Assembly: GCA_000388065.2 (NCBI GenBank)
Contig: KB932204.1
Direction: 5' to 3' (one strand)
DNA: 63,721 nt
Source: Fonticula alba ATCC 38817
Lineage: Eukaryota > Protista > Nucleariida
Below, one piece after another: positions 24,461 through 36,286 of this stretch. Below the pieces are notes generated by a model. That model made no database searches and was not told the origin of the DNA. It saw only the letters and a program-made list of their open reading frames with translations. Made by a program: the position numbers and the translations under genes. Each line of letters starts with the position of its first letter. Within the stretch, counting starts at the first letter, position 1.

Positions 24461-25150
24461 GGGATCTAGGGGAGGGGGAGGGGGAGGAGGATGGAAGCCG
24501 AGCCGCGAGGGGCGGGAGGGAGGCCGGAGAGGGAGCCGGGGGGAAAAAAGGGGGGAAGCCGGCCGAGGGGCGGCGGAGAAGGAGGAGGCACAAACCAAGG
24601 CCCGGGGGGGCAGGTAATTTGGCGACGATCGAGCACAAGATGGGGAGGGGGAGGGAGAAGCAGATGCCCTCCCTCCTCGGTGTCTGGCCGAGGCCGTGTG
24701 CAAGTGGCCTCTTCATCAGGCTGGGGGCGGGGAAATCGCCCAACAGACTAGCGCCCGAATCGTTGGCACTTGGCTTTGGTATCTGCTCCCCCGCCGCCGG
24801 CCCCCAACCTGCGGCCGTCCAGAATCTCGGGCAGGGAGATTCGGGGAGCCCTTTCTTGGCCTCATTCCCGTGCCACCGATGTGCCCTCTTGGCGGCAGTT
24901 CGGCCGCCTTTTTTTTCCCACCGCCCAACAGTCGAAGGGTGTACGGACAGAGGGGATGCATTGGGTGATTTGTATTTCTCGGCAAAAAAAAAACGAGATC
25001 TAGGGGGTGGCTGGGTGGCAGGGAGAGAGAGAGAGAGAGGATCACAACAAAAGGGAGAAAGAGGCAAGGAGAGAAGCAACCCCCCGGCCGGAGGGAATCG
25101 GGCAGTGGCGCGGGGCACCAGCAGATCAGCCCAGCTGAGTCTCGGCGAGC

Positions 25151-26923
25151 CTAATCCTGGCACACGTAATTCGGCGCCTCGTAGAGGACCTCCTCGTCGA
25201 GCATGTGCTCGGAGAACTTCTCCTCCTGGGCGGCATCGCGCGGGGTGACGAAGAACCGCGAGACAACGCGCTGGACCCGGCCATCGGCGATCTCATAGAT
25301 GTTGTACCGTGCGCGCATGGGGCCGTAGTTGCTGTTGAAGGTGCAGCTCCCCGGCTCACCGACCCAAGACTGCGGCGAGCCGTCCGAGTAGGTCGGCGTG
25401 TCGGGCAGCGGCTCGAAGTAGGTCCGGTGCATGTGGCCATTCAGGGTGAGGTCCACCCGGTGGAGACGGAGAATGCGGCAGAGCTCCTCCCTGCGTGTGG
25501 GGGAGGGAGAAAGGGGAGGGAAGGAGAGGCCGGTCAGTGGGGGGAAAAAAAAAAAAACCCGGCTTCGGCCAATGAAAGAGACCGGGCGCGGGCAGGCGAC
25601 CGATGAAAGGAGCACGCACTGGTCAAGAAGGCCATCCCTCTGCTCACGGTTGGGGTTGTTGTAGCGCGGGACCGGCGGATGGTGAACCATGACGACCTTG
25701 AACATGTCGGCATACTCCGGGCGCTTGAGAATGGCATCAAGGCTGAGAGGAGGGACATGCGAGGCCACAACATAGGTGGATGTGGATGTGGGCAAATACA
25801 TGTGCCTGCGTAAGTAGGGAGCACAGTTGCCATGCATCAAGGAAAAGGGAAAGCCAGGCAAGTGCAAAGCCCGGGAAGGCGCCAAGAGACGCACCGGTCA
25901 AGCTGCCCCTTGCCAAGCAGGCCACCGGCATAATGAGGGCGCTGGGGAACGGCCGACGAGAGGCCCACAATCAGCACGCCGTGCTCGGGCAGCGGCCGCT
26001 CATAGGGGAACCCCTGGTGCTCGAGAGCCCCGCCAGAGAGAATGGCCCCGGACAGGGTACCAGCAGTCGGGTCCTTCTGGTCGCCCTTCGGCAGGAGCCC
26101 TTGGCGTTCGGCCTCCTCATGAGGGACAGCCCCGGACACGGCCGGCGCGACGCTGGTCGTCAACGAAGCGCCAAGGTCGCGCGAAGCAACCGTCGAAGCA
26201 TCCTCATGCTTGAGCATCGGGGTCGGGCTACGAGGGGGGATGCTAAAGGAGGACATGTACTGGCCGAAGAACTGATCCCGGAGAAGCAGCACAAAAAAAA
26301 GACCCGGAAGAGAGGGCAGGGAAGGTGAGAAAGGCGAAGTGGCAGCCAGGTCCGCGGGGGCCGCAGAGGAGCGCATGCGTCGGGCGGGGGCGCGCTCGGC
26401 AACCTGCCGAACCATGGCAAGCACGCACCCGGTGGAAGAAGCGATCAACCAGGCTGTCGGGCACATAGATGTCGTGATTGCCTGGGATCAGGGAGAGGCG
26501 GTCGCCGCTGGACAGGCCGGCCCGCTCCAGCAGGTCAGCGGCCGTGGCGAATTCGCTGCGAGTGGCCAAGTTGGTAATGTCACCGGAGATGACAATGTGG
26601 TCCACCCCGTTGATGGGGGGAAGCTCGCCTGAGGCCGAAGTCGGGATGGTTGACAGGTATGCCGTCTGCAGGGGCGACGGCCGGAGAGCCTGACAATCGG
26701 CCAGCCCGTGCGTCAGCAGACGCCGGTTGAAGGTGTGCGGGCCGCGCTTGAAGACCAGGTTCAACAGGCCGAGGAAGCGCTTGTGCGACGTGAGGGCAGG
26801 GCGGATGCATGTGCGCAGGAGACCCCACCGGCTGGTGGTGTGCAGAACATGCGGGTCGGAGAAGTGCGCCAGGCGGAAGGGCCGGCGCACGGACTGCGAG
26901 AGAACCGACGCGGGGGGAGACAT
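25151..26923 (-). CDS. Calcineurin-like metallophosphoesterase (CpdA/Icc-like, bacterial type), 4 exons
   Basis: Model 26923-26429, 26271-25895, 25742-25620, 25490-25151; phases are consistent. All five metal-binding motifs are present: AHFSDPH, ISGDITN, PGNHD, VMVHHPP and NGHMH. Confidence 0.9.
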
Positions 26924-28105
26924 GTCGGTGTGAGGAGGAGGGGGGGGGGGGAATCAAGAGAAATGTGAGGATGTGCGTGGGAGCTGCCTCAAGCCGATGG
27001 GAGAGTCCGTCAAGTTGGGGCCTTAAATACGAGGGCAGCCGACTTGGCCGGATCCCGCGCCCCCCTCGACTTCCCTCTGCCCAGCGGGGGGGGCGGACCT
27101 GACGGCCGCGGTGCGGGCGACGCGCCGGCCCCTCAAGGGCCCGCATGCGGGAGTCCAGGCCCGAGGGAGCAGACGCCCCCGCGTGGGGATGGCCGCCCCC
27201 CCCTCCACCGGGGATGGCGGCCTGCTGTACTACCCTGCGGCGCTTGCCTGGGGTGCGGGATGGATGACGCGTGCGGGCCTCGCCCGCGCTCCCCTCGATG
27301 ACTGGGGGGGGGGGGGGGGGGGCGGACTGGCGCGCCCGGCCCCGAGAGGATGGGCCGGGGCCCAGAGGGGCTCAGCTCGGCTGGTCTAACTGCCGACCCA
27401 TGCTCCCGACGTGCCCGGGCGAGAGGGCCGTATTTTTTCCCACCTTGCTGGACATCGCGGGGACATCCCAAACTGCTGCCCTCGATGGCTTCCCGCTCCT
27501 CCCCGCGGAGAGAGGGAGGAGAGACAGGAAAATTGAGGACGCTGCGGGAGATTCGGACTGGAGGCAACCCGAGGAGCCCGCCTGCACGAGGGCGCCCGAG
27601 CGAGCGAAAAAGGCCGACATACCGGCATGGAAAACACACGTATCAAGTTGGGTTCCCCGAGGCGCACTCCGAGGTGCCGATGCCGATGCCGGAGAAGCTT
27701 CTTCCCGCACCAGGGGGTCGATCGATCAACAAACACCCGGCGGGATGCCGGGGCCCAGAGCTTCGCGAACACCGAGTCCCGCTTCTCCCCCCCCCCCGAG
27801 CCCCCAAAAAAACCAGTGCCTCTGGCACCGACGTGACACTCCCCCTAAGAAGCCGACCGCCGTGGCGGCCTCGACCGACCCCCCCACCGCGAAGGGGAGT
27901 CCCAGGCTTCGGGCGTGAAAATGGCCGTGTAGGTGGGCATATGACTGCCAACGGAAGAGCCCACAGCGTGAAAAGCCCCAAAGAACTCTCGACACACACG
28001 CACGAGAAGGAAAAAGGCCAGGGCAACTCCACCCACCAAAGACAGCAAGGCACAGGTAATGAATTTAGTCTACAACAAGGACACGCATATAGGCGAGAGG
28101 AGGAA

Positions 28106-28200
28106 AGAGAGAGAGAGGGAGAGGGAGAGGGAGAGGGAGAGGGAGAGGGAGAGAGAGAGGGAGAGAGAGAGAGAGGGAGATAGAGAGAGGGAGAGAGAGA
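28106..28200. repeat. (GA)n/(GAGAGG)n purine microsatellite
   Basis: Read directly; lies just downstream of the Pom152-like gene. Confidence 0.85.
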
Positions 28201-28252
28201 AAGGGGGGAAGAGAACAAAGAGAAGGAGGACGGGGGCCTCTTCTTAGCGCTC

Positions 28253-28280
28253 TCAGATGGCGATGGCCTCGGCCTCGGGG

Positions 28281-28313
<33 letters not shown>

Positions 28314-30281
28314 CCGGTCGCAGCAGAGGATGTCGCGGAGCCGCGGCGCGAGGAGGACGCCCGCACGGAGGTCCCATCACGCTCGGCCATGCAATACCGA
28401 TCAGCCACGCGCATGACCCGGTACTCACCCTCGGACTCGGCCACAAAGACATGCGAGTGGCCCTGGATGCCGGCGAGGTCGTAGAACTCGTAGCCATCCG
28501 TCTCGAAGGAAGACCGCCGGATGGACACATTGAAGGGCGGCGTGCCGGAGAGGGCCAGATCAATGGGCTCCTGCTGGCCGGCCACCACGAAGACCTCGCT
28601 CTCGCGACCGCGGTTGAGCACCGCCCGCGGAAGCGGGTGGAAGGTCACCTCCCGCAGGGGGTGCCCGGCATCCAGAGCCCGGGTGCAGAAGCGGTTCCCC
28701 ACGGCCAGGAAGCTCACTCGGCCCGAGTGAAGGACCTGCAGCGACAGGCGCGACTGCCGGGTATGGCGGGTCCGCTCGTCCCCATCGAAGGCATAGGCCA
28801 CATGCCAGGGGCCAGCGGCGGCGGTTTGCGCGGCAATCGCCTGCCGCTCCTCGGCCGAGGCGCTGCCAACGCGCCGCTGCCCGGCGCTCAGCAGGGCAAA
28901 GTCCACACGCAGGCGGTCGCCAACACAGCGATCCACCGAGTCCGGCTCCCCGCGTACCACGAGGTCCGGCTCCGGACCGATGTACACATGCACACCCGGG
29001 GCCGGGGACAGTTCCGTCTGGCAGCCAGTGGCATCCTCCACCCGGATGAGGGAGAATCGATAAGCACCGACAGCCTGCAGCTGGGGCGGGCAGTCAGGGT
29101 CACGACGACCACGCTGGGCCGCATTTGAAGCGGTCGCCGGCAAGCCGGCAGCGGAACCGGAGCCAGAGCCAGACCCCGGCGCGAAGGGCATGGGCCCCGC
29201 ATCCAGCAGAGCCTGCGCAATGTCGAGCGAGGCCGTCACCGTCCCGCGACTGGCGGAGCCGGCGCTGATGCGCGTCCCCCGGCCGGCACCCGCACCGGAC
29301 CCGCCGAACTCCATGGACAGCTCCCGCCGGGGGAGGGGCCTCGATGACTCGGAAGACATGAGGGCCGACTCGTCCAGCTGATCGGCTCCATCCGGCAGCC
29401 GAGTCACCGCGTAATGCAGCTTGAATGGGGCCACACCATGCAGGACAATCGGCAGGGCCAGGTCGTCCCCGACGCAAGCGAACAGATCCGACACCAGGGT
29501 CGAGGCGAAGGTGACGCTCGGAGGGTCGTAGGCCTGAAGCATGATGGCCTTGGTGGAGAGGGGAATATTGCCATAGTGGGTGTCGGAAAGATCGGCAAAC
29601 TGAAGGGGCAAGAGACGCAGGGGGGGGNNNNNNNNNNNNNNNNNNNNNNNNNNNNNNNNNNNNNNNNNNNNNNNNNNNNNNNNNNNNNNNNNNNNNNNNN
29701 NNNNNNNNNNNNNNNNNNNNNNGGGGGGGACGGGGAGAGGGAAAGGGCAAAGCTCAAAGCGACACGCACCCGGTACTGGTGGAAGCCCGCGCGCTCAGGG
29801 ATGATGTCGAAGCTGAACGGGGTCTTCGACACGCCGGAGAGGGTGGCCGAGTTCTCGGAGGACCCACGCTGGCCCGAGGGATTGGGGCTGGTGAAGAAGT
29901 AGTTCAACTTCCAGGGAGCCTCACCGGTGAAGGACAGCTCAGCCAGGGGGATGCGCTGGCCGACACAGGCCGAGGTAGTCAGCTGCCGAACCGTCAGAGC
30001 CGGCGGCTCGACCAGCAGGATGTTACAAGCGCTGGGCCGACCGCCGATGGCGGGGTGCTTGCCGGTGCTGCCTTCCGGCGAAGCGCTGGCCAGGACGCCC
30101 TGGCAAATGTTGTCCCGAACGCCGAGCTAACAAGCAGACAAGGAACCATGAGGGGAGGGGGAACAGGAAGTTAGCCTCGGATTGGGGGGGGGGGAGGAGA
30201 TCCAACAGAAGCATCAAGTGGAAAGGAGGAGACATGTAACAAAATAGGGCAGGACATGCCGACCGGGTGGACAAACGGGGA

Positions 30282-30320
<39 letters not shown>

Positions 30321-31953
30321 AGAGAAAGAAGGAGATGCCACGCACCAGCTCATAGAGACCCGATGTCTCAAGGGGAATCCGATAGGAGCTACCCCGGAGG
30401 CCGGAGACAACAACAGGCTCGGCACGACCCGGGGCCCGGTACGTCAGCGTGTAGGGAGCGGTGCCGCCGGCGAAGCGCACCACCAGATGCGAACCACGGC
30501 CGGCACGCACAACACCACCGGCCGGAACCCCGGCGCTGGCTGACCATTCGTCCGCGGTGTTGCCAGCACCGCCGGTGCCGCCGACGCCGCCGACAACCTC
30601 ACAGGTCATGGCTGCCGTGACATGGCTGACCGTGATGACACGCTCCTGGCGGAGCTCGCGCGTGCAGCCAAAGGCATCGGTCACCGACAACAGGCGGATC
30701 GTATACCGCCCGGTGTGGCTGAAGGCCTCAACCCGAACATCGACCGACGGCCCGGCCAGGTCCTCCAGACGATACTCCCGCTGGCGCCCATCGAAGGACA
30801 CCAGCGAGTAGGTCAGAGCGAAGGGGCTGCTGCCCTCCAGTCGCACGGGCAGCGTCAACCCCTGGCCCAGGCACCGATGAATGGGCTGGGCAGGGGTGCC
30901 AAGGGCCCCTTGCTGCTGGTCGCCGACTGGCAAGTCCTCGAAGAAGGCGCGACCGGCCTCGCGGAACACCTGGCTAAAGGAGTACGGGCCACTGTCGGTG
31001 GAACCGCCGACGGGCGCATCGGCCGATGCGTCGGCCAAGCCCTGCAGCGGAACACCCCGGTAGTAGCTGTCGCTGATGGACAAGAAGACAACCTCATGCC
31101 GGCCGGCCACATCGACCGGCATGCGGAACTGGTAGGGAGAGGAGTTGATGGCCAGGCGCCGGACACCGGTGTCATAGACCGTGCCCCCGGCATCCGATTG
31201 GACACGGTCGCGGAATTCCACCTGCCAGGGACCATGACCGGTCAGATGCAGAGTGGCCGTCAGGAGGGAGTTGCCCTGATGACAACGGGCCGCCGCGGGG
31301 TCCGGCAGGCCGGCCAGCCGGAGAGTCGGCTCCGGGGCCAACTCCACGGTCAGAGTGGCCGGATACTGGACATTGCCAAAGCAGAGGGCTATAAAATGGA
31401 CAGATGGAGAGCAGCGGGAGTCAGGGCCATGGGTCCATGGATTGCGGCTGTCCGGCAAAGCGGCGAAGAGAGAGGGCGAGGAGGGGCCCGAGAGGGGGGG
31501 GGGGGGGGAAGGGGGAAGCCAAGGGGAAGACGGAAAACCCGGAATACCGCACGCACCATCGGCCACAGAGGCGATCTTGTACTCGCCCGGCTCCGACAGG
31601 ACGAAGGTGTGCAGGTGCCCGGCGGCCGGCGGCTTTTCGAACATGTGGCGCTTGAGCTCGCCATCGGGGAACTGGATGTCCACGGCCACAGGGTAGCGGG
31701 CCTCCAGCTGAAGGGGAATGCGCGTCGGAGTGGTCCGGCTAATGATGATCGGCTTCTCCGGCTGCAGGGAGTCGGCCAGTTGAACGGTCGGCCGCGAGTA
31801 AGCCAGCGCGGAAACGGTAGGCGGAGGCACTGACGCCCGGACCGACGAGGGGACCGACTGAAGAGACAATCGCAAGAGAGGGCAATCAAGGGGGAGGGGT
31901 GTTAACGGAAGAGGAAGATGCGGAGGGAAAAACCGGCGAGGGGGGCGGAGAAG

Positions 31954-31985
<32 letters not shown>

Positions 31986-34452
31986 GCCGAATGGCGTCTG
32001 GAGAGGAGGCGGATGAGGGCACGAACCGAAAACTCATCCGCAATGTAGACCGACGTCATGTTGCGCGCGTCAGCCACGGAGACAACACGCCACACCGAGC
32101 GGCCATCATTCTCCAGAGGCCCAAGCGGCAGACGGAAATAGAAGCGATCCAGCTGCGGAGAATTGGCCGGCGGAAGCACAACAGTGGGCACACCGTCGGG
32201 GCCAGCAGCACCGGCGCCGGCCAGCAGGGCCGGAGCCGCTTCCTCGGGGGCGTCATCCACCAGCGACCCGAGCTCCTCACCCTGAAGAGCATCATCGGCC
32301 CCCAGACGAACGGTCTGTCGGGTGGAAGGCCCGGCATTGTTGTGCGCACGCTCGAGGGACACCGTGAAGGGGGCCTCTCCGGTCAGGCGCAGGAAGACCG
32401 AAATGCTGTTGCCGATGCAGGTTTCCAGCGGCTCGTCTCGGAGGAAGGCCGCGGACGGTGGCCGGGGCGGCAGCCCGGGCAGGGTCACCGGCGGGACGAC
32501 CACTTGGACGGTTTCATCGCCGACAATACCCTGAACCGGTCCCCGACCAAAAAGGAGGCCAAGGGGGGGGGGGGGGGCGAAGAGCGGGGTGGGTAGCATG
32601 ATGATGTGAGCGAGGCTGGCAGCAAGCGACCACAAGCTGACAGGAGGGCAGACAGGGAGAAAGAGGGGCGCCGAGAAAAAGGAAGAGGGGGAGAGAGATT
32701 TGGCGGACCTTCAGACCGCGCTGATCGGTGACACTCAGCAGAGTGTACAGACCGGTGGTTGGTGCGTCGAGGAAATAGTTCTCCGCCTCGGAAATGGTGA
32801 TGGTCTTCTCGGTGAGAGTGCGCGGGTAGAGGGTAAACTGCGCGAGGTCGAAAACACCGGGCCTGCATGCCGGGAGGATGCCCGAGAGGATGGAGGGCAG
32901 ATACGACAGGACGAATGGGAAAGAGGAACGGGGGGGGGGGGGGGAGACAGACCGAGCAAGAGAAGAAGGCGCCGGAGTCAGAAGCGAGCTTCAAAAAGGC
33001 AGGGTGCCATAGGGGGGGGGGAGAGAAGAATATACACAAAAGAGAAGCTGAACGCACGGCAGCGGCTCCACACGGAAGGTCAAGGTCCAAGGGGCCACAC
33101 CATCAAGGTACAGGGGGATGACCTGACGTCCGGGGGAGAAGGGGAACTTGCTGATCGGCCGCTGGTGGTTGTTGACCGCCTTGAAACGCGCACGGGGCAG
33201 GGCCACATGGTGCAGGCGATAGACACCGGGGAAGAGCTGCGACTGGCTATGCAGCAGCGAGGAGTCCAGCAGCAGCGAATTGCTTGCCGAGGCGCCGGCC
33301 GGGGCCATCCCCTCGGAGAGCTCGTCACCGAAGACTGGCAGATGCGAGTGGCGCAAGAAGCAGGGCGTTAGCCAGGGAAGAAGCGCGCGCGCGCGGGGAG
33401 GGGGGGGAGGAAGAGGGGAGAAAGGGCACAAAACACATTGAATGCCGGCCATTAAGGCAGAGCGCACCCTCAACCATCACCGGGTTATGCGGAGCAGCCA
33501 GGTGATGATGCTCACCACCGGTCGGGGAGGCGGGTGCACGATCCGATCGAGAGGGAATCCCCGGACCAGCGGGGCCTGACACCGAGAGCGATTGGCCACC
33601 AGTGCCGGAGGTGGGCGGAGAGGTCGGGCCACCGGAGCCCGACACTGACAGATGTGAGCCCCCATGGTTCGGGGCATTGCGATAGCCCGACGAAGAGGCC
33701 GGCGGCATGGGGGTCACGCCACAGCGGGACCCACTCCGACGACCGGCCAAATGCTGGACCTGCGACAGGAACCCACTGCCGGGGAAGCCCCCCTGGGCAT
33801 TGCCACACTGATGATGGTGGTGCAGCGAGCCGAGGGAGCTGCTGACGAAGAACCCCGGGAAGAGACAGCCAACATTGCCGACCGGGAAGGCCAGGAGGAA
33901 AACCGCGGCAAAGGCCGCAGACAGCAGGAACAGGAAGACACAGACCCACGGCCGGAGGAGGAACCGACGAGAAAGCTCCAGGCAAATGTAGAGATTGGCC
34001 AGGCTGGCGAACAGGAAAGCCAGCCACTGTGGAGAACTGCGTGGATGGACGAAGTGGCAAGCAGGTTCGCGAGAAAGGGGAGACACAGGTCAGAGAGCCG
34101 CAGAGCAGGGGGGGGGGGAATGAGTGACACGCCGGGGGGGAGGGATGGAGAAGGGAAATGGCCAAATGGAGGCAGCGCATATGGGCCGGCGCTGAGATAC
34201 GGACCAGGTGGAGGCAAAGATCGTCCCCGAGAGGACAAGAACCAGGACCTGAACAAGCAGGAGACAGAACAGAAGGAACTTACGCGTGGAGGAGGCCTCC
34301 GCGGCAAGACGAGCGTGATTGGATACGCGCGCGGCCGGAGCAGCAACAGTCGCCGTCCCGGGAGCCATTGCTTCAAATTGACTCCGGCTGAAGTTCATTT
34401 GGGGGGACGGATGGCCGGCGCCAAAGCTCGGCGCCACAGGGCGACGCTGCAT
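28253..34452 (-). CDS. POM152: Pom152-like nuclear pore membrane glycoprotein; multi-exon, one gap
   Basis: Hydrophobic N-terminal segments (WLAFLFASLANLYICL, LLRPWVCVFLFLLSAAFAAVFLLAF). These are followed by about 8-9 Ig-like repeats with the pattern C.G..L.L.L.G..PF/W.L.Y (TCIGNSISVFLRLTGEAPFTV, RCLGQGLTLPVRLEGSSPFALTY, CVGDDLALPIVLHGVAPFKLHY, LSGTPPFNV) and G.Y.L..V.D..C (GRYTIRLLSVTDAFGC, GEYRVMRVADRYC). Exon boundaries were not all resolved and the start is approximate. Confidence 0.8.
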
Positions 34453-36189
34453 TCTGGCGGCTGTGCGACAAGGCCGTGGGGGGGGGGGGGGATCAGCAGA
34501 CGGCAGGAGAAGTGGAAATGCACGGACAGAGGGGGAGGGGAACAAGGTTGAGAGAAGCAGCAGCATGGGCAGCATACCGGGCGGAAGAGGACGGCAGGGA
34601 CCCTCGGCTCGTGGGCGGCCTGGGCGCGGCGAGGGCGGGGAGTGGCGCTCGTCTCTCACAGGGGTGGGGCCTCTTGCTCGGCGACTGGGTGGGAGAAGTC
34701 AAGAGGAAAGGGGGAGAGACTACAGGAAAGCGGTAACGGCGAGGAGGGCGAGTGAGGGGGAGGGAGGTTGTGTTGGGCAGTGGCTCTTGGTGGGAGAGCC
34801 CCTTCTCTTGCGCTTGGGCACATTTAGAGTGGTGCCTAGGGGACGCATGCCGGGGAATGTTGCGTGCGACAAGGAAACGCGAAGAGGGGGAAGGGGGAAG
34901 GGGGACGCAATACGTACTCCTATTCCATGCCCACACCCTACAGCTGGCTCAGCTCACTCTCTTCCCAGACAGGCTTTCGACTTACCACGCCCCAGCCACA
35001 AAGAAAACGCGAGGCGCGGACAGGGAAGAGGTGCCAGTAACTGGTCCCCCCGGGCATGGAGGGGGTGCATCGACCGTGGATTGGTAGTTGAATGTGGCCG
35101 AGTGGCCGGAAAAAAATGGAAAAGACGAAGTCCCCGGCCCACGCTTCGCGGCCCCCGCCCCCCCTCCCTTGACCCCTTGGGTTCCTTGGGGCCAGCATGC
35201 CCTGCGAAACCGGCAGAGAGCACAGGCAGCAACAGGCCGGCACCCAAGCGCCGAGAAATACCCAAGAGACCAGCAGGCCCGGGGGGGACTAGATGCACAC
35301 GATGGGGCCCTCTCGGATGCCAACGCCTCGTCCTTCCTCGTGATTCGCGAGTCCCGGTGCATGTGGAATGTCGTTCCTTGGGGCGTGAGCGCAACGGTTT
35401 GTGGGCGTGATATGCGGGGCAGCTGGCCGTTGGCATATGTCGCTAACTCCCTGGTCATCGTGGGGAGAGGGGGCATAGGTGGAAGAGAGGCGGGAAAGGG
35501 AGGCAGGTGGAATCCCCTGGGGGCTGGTTGGTTGGACGCCAAGGGGGGGGAGGTCAGGGCAACAGACTTCCGGGGAGTGGGACGGGCACGCTGGGGTCGG
35601 GGGGGGAGGGGGGAGGGGGGCGCAGACGCCACGGTGCGATGGATCACGATCCTCCTGGCTGCCTGCTGGGATCGGCCTTTACGTTGGAGGGGAGGGGGGG
35701 GGGGAGGACAGTCCCAACCAATGAACCATTTACTTGCATTAATCAACACACTGNNNNNNNNNNGGGCGGGGGGGAGCGACGTTGAGAGAGCCAGAATAAT
35801 AGCAATAGGCAGAGGGAGGGCGAAAAATAGATAGATATCGTGCGGCGGAAACGTACACACCCGGACGAAAGGCGGGGGGGATCTTTGGAAGTGGCCCGCG
35901 CACGGTGGTCACGGCCCCAGCTCCGAAACGTCGGACCTTTGGCCCCCACGCTTTGCCGCCCACTGCTGGGAGAGGGGATTCACGCGGCACCTTTCCGAAG
36001 GCTGGAAAGGCAGCTTAGCCACCCACTTCCCCACACAAGCCCACCTCCTCCCTTTCCTCCGTCCTCCTTCGACCTTTCTTCGACCGCCTTGCTCCTCCTC
36101 CCCCCTCATCGCCCTCCAGCCACACGCCCCTTTCAGCCCCTTCTCTCTGGGCCTTCCCTCCCTCTGAGAGGCGCACTGGCGCCCCCTCC

Positions 36190-36221
<32 letters not shown>

Positions 36222-36286
36222 CCCCCGCATCTCTCCGCCCCTCGTGCCTCCACGGATAACGGAGACCCAAAGCACAGCCCTAGAGC

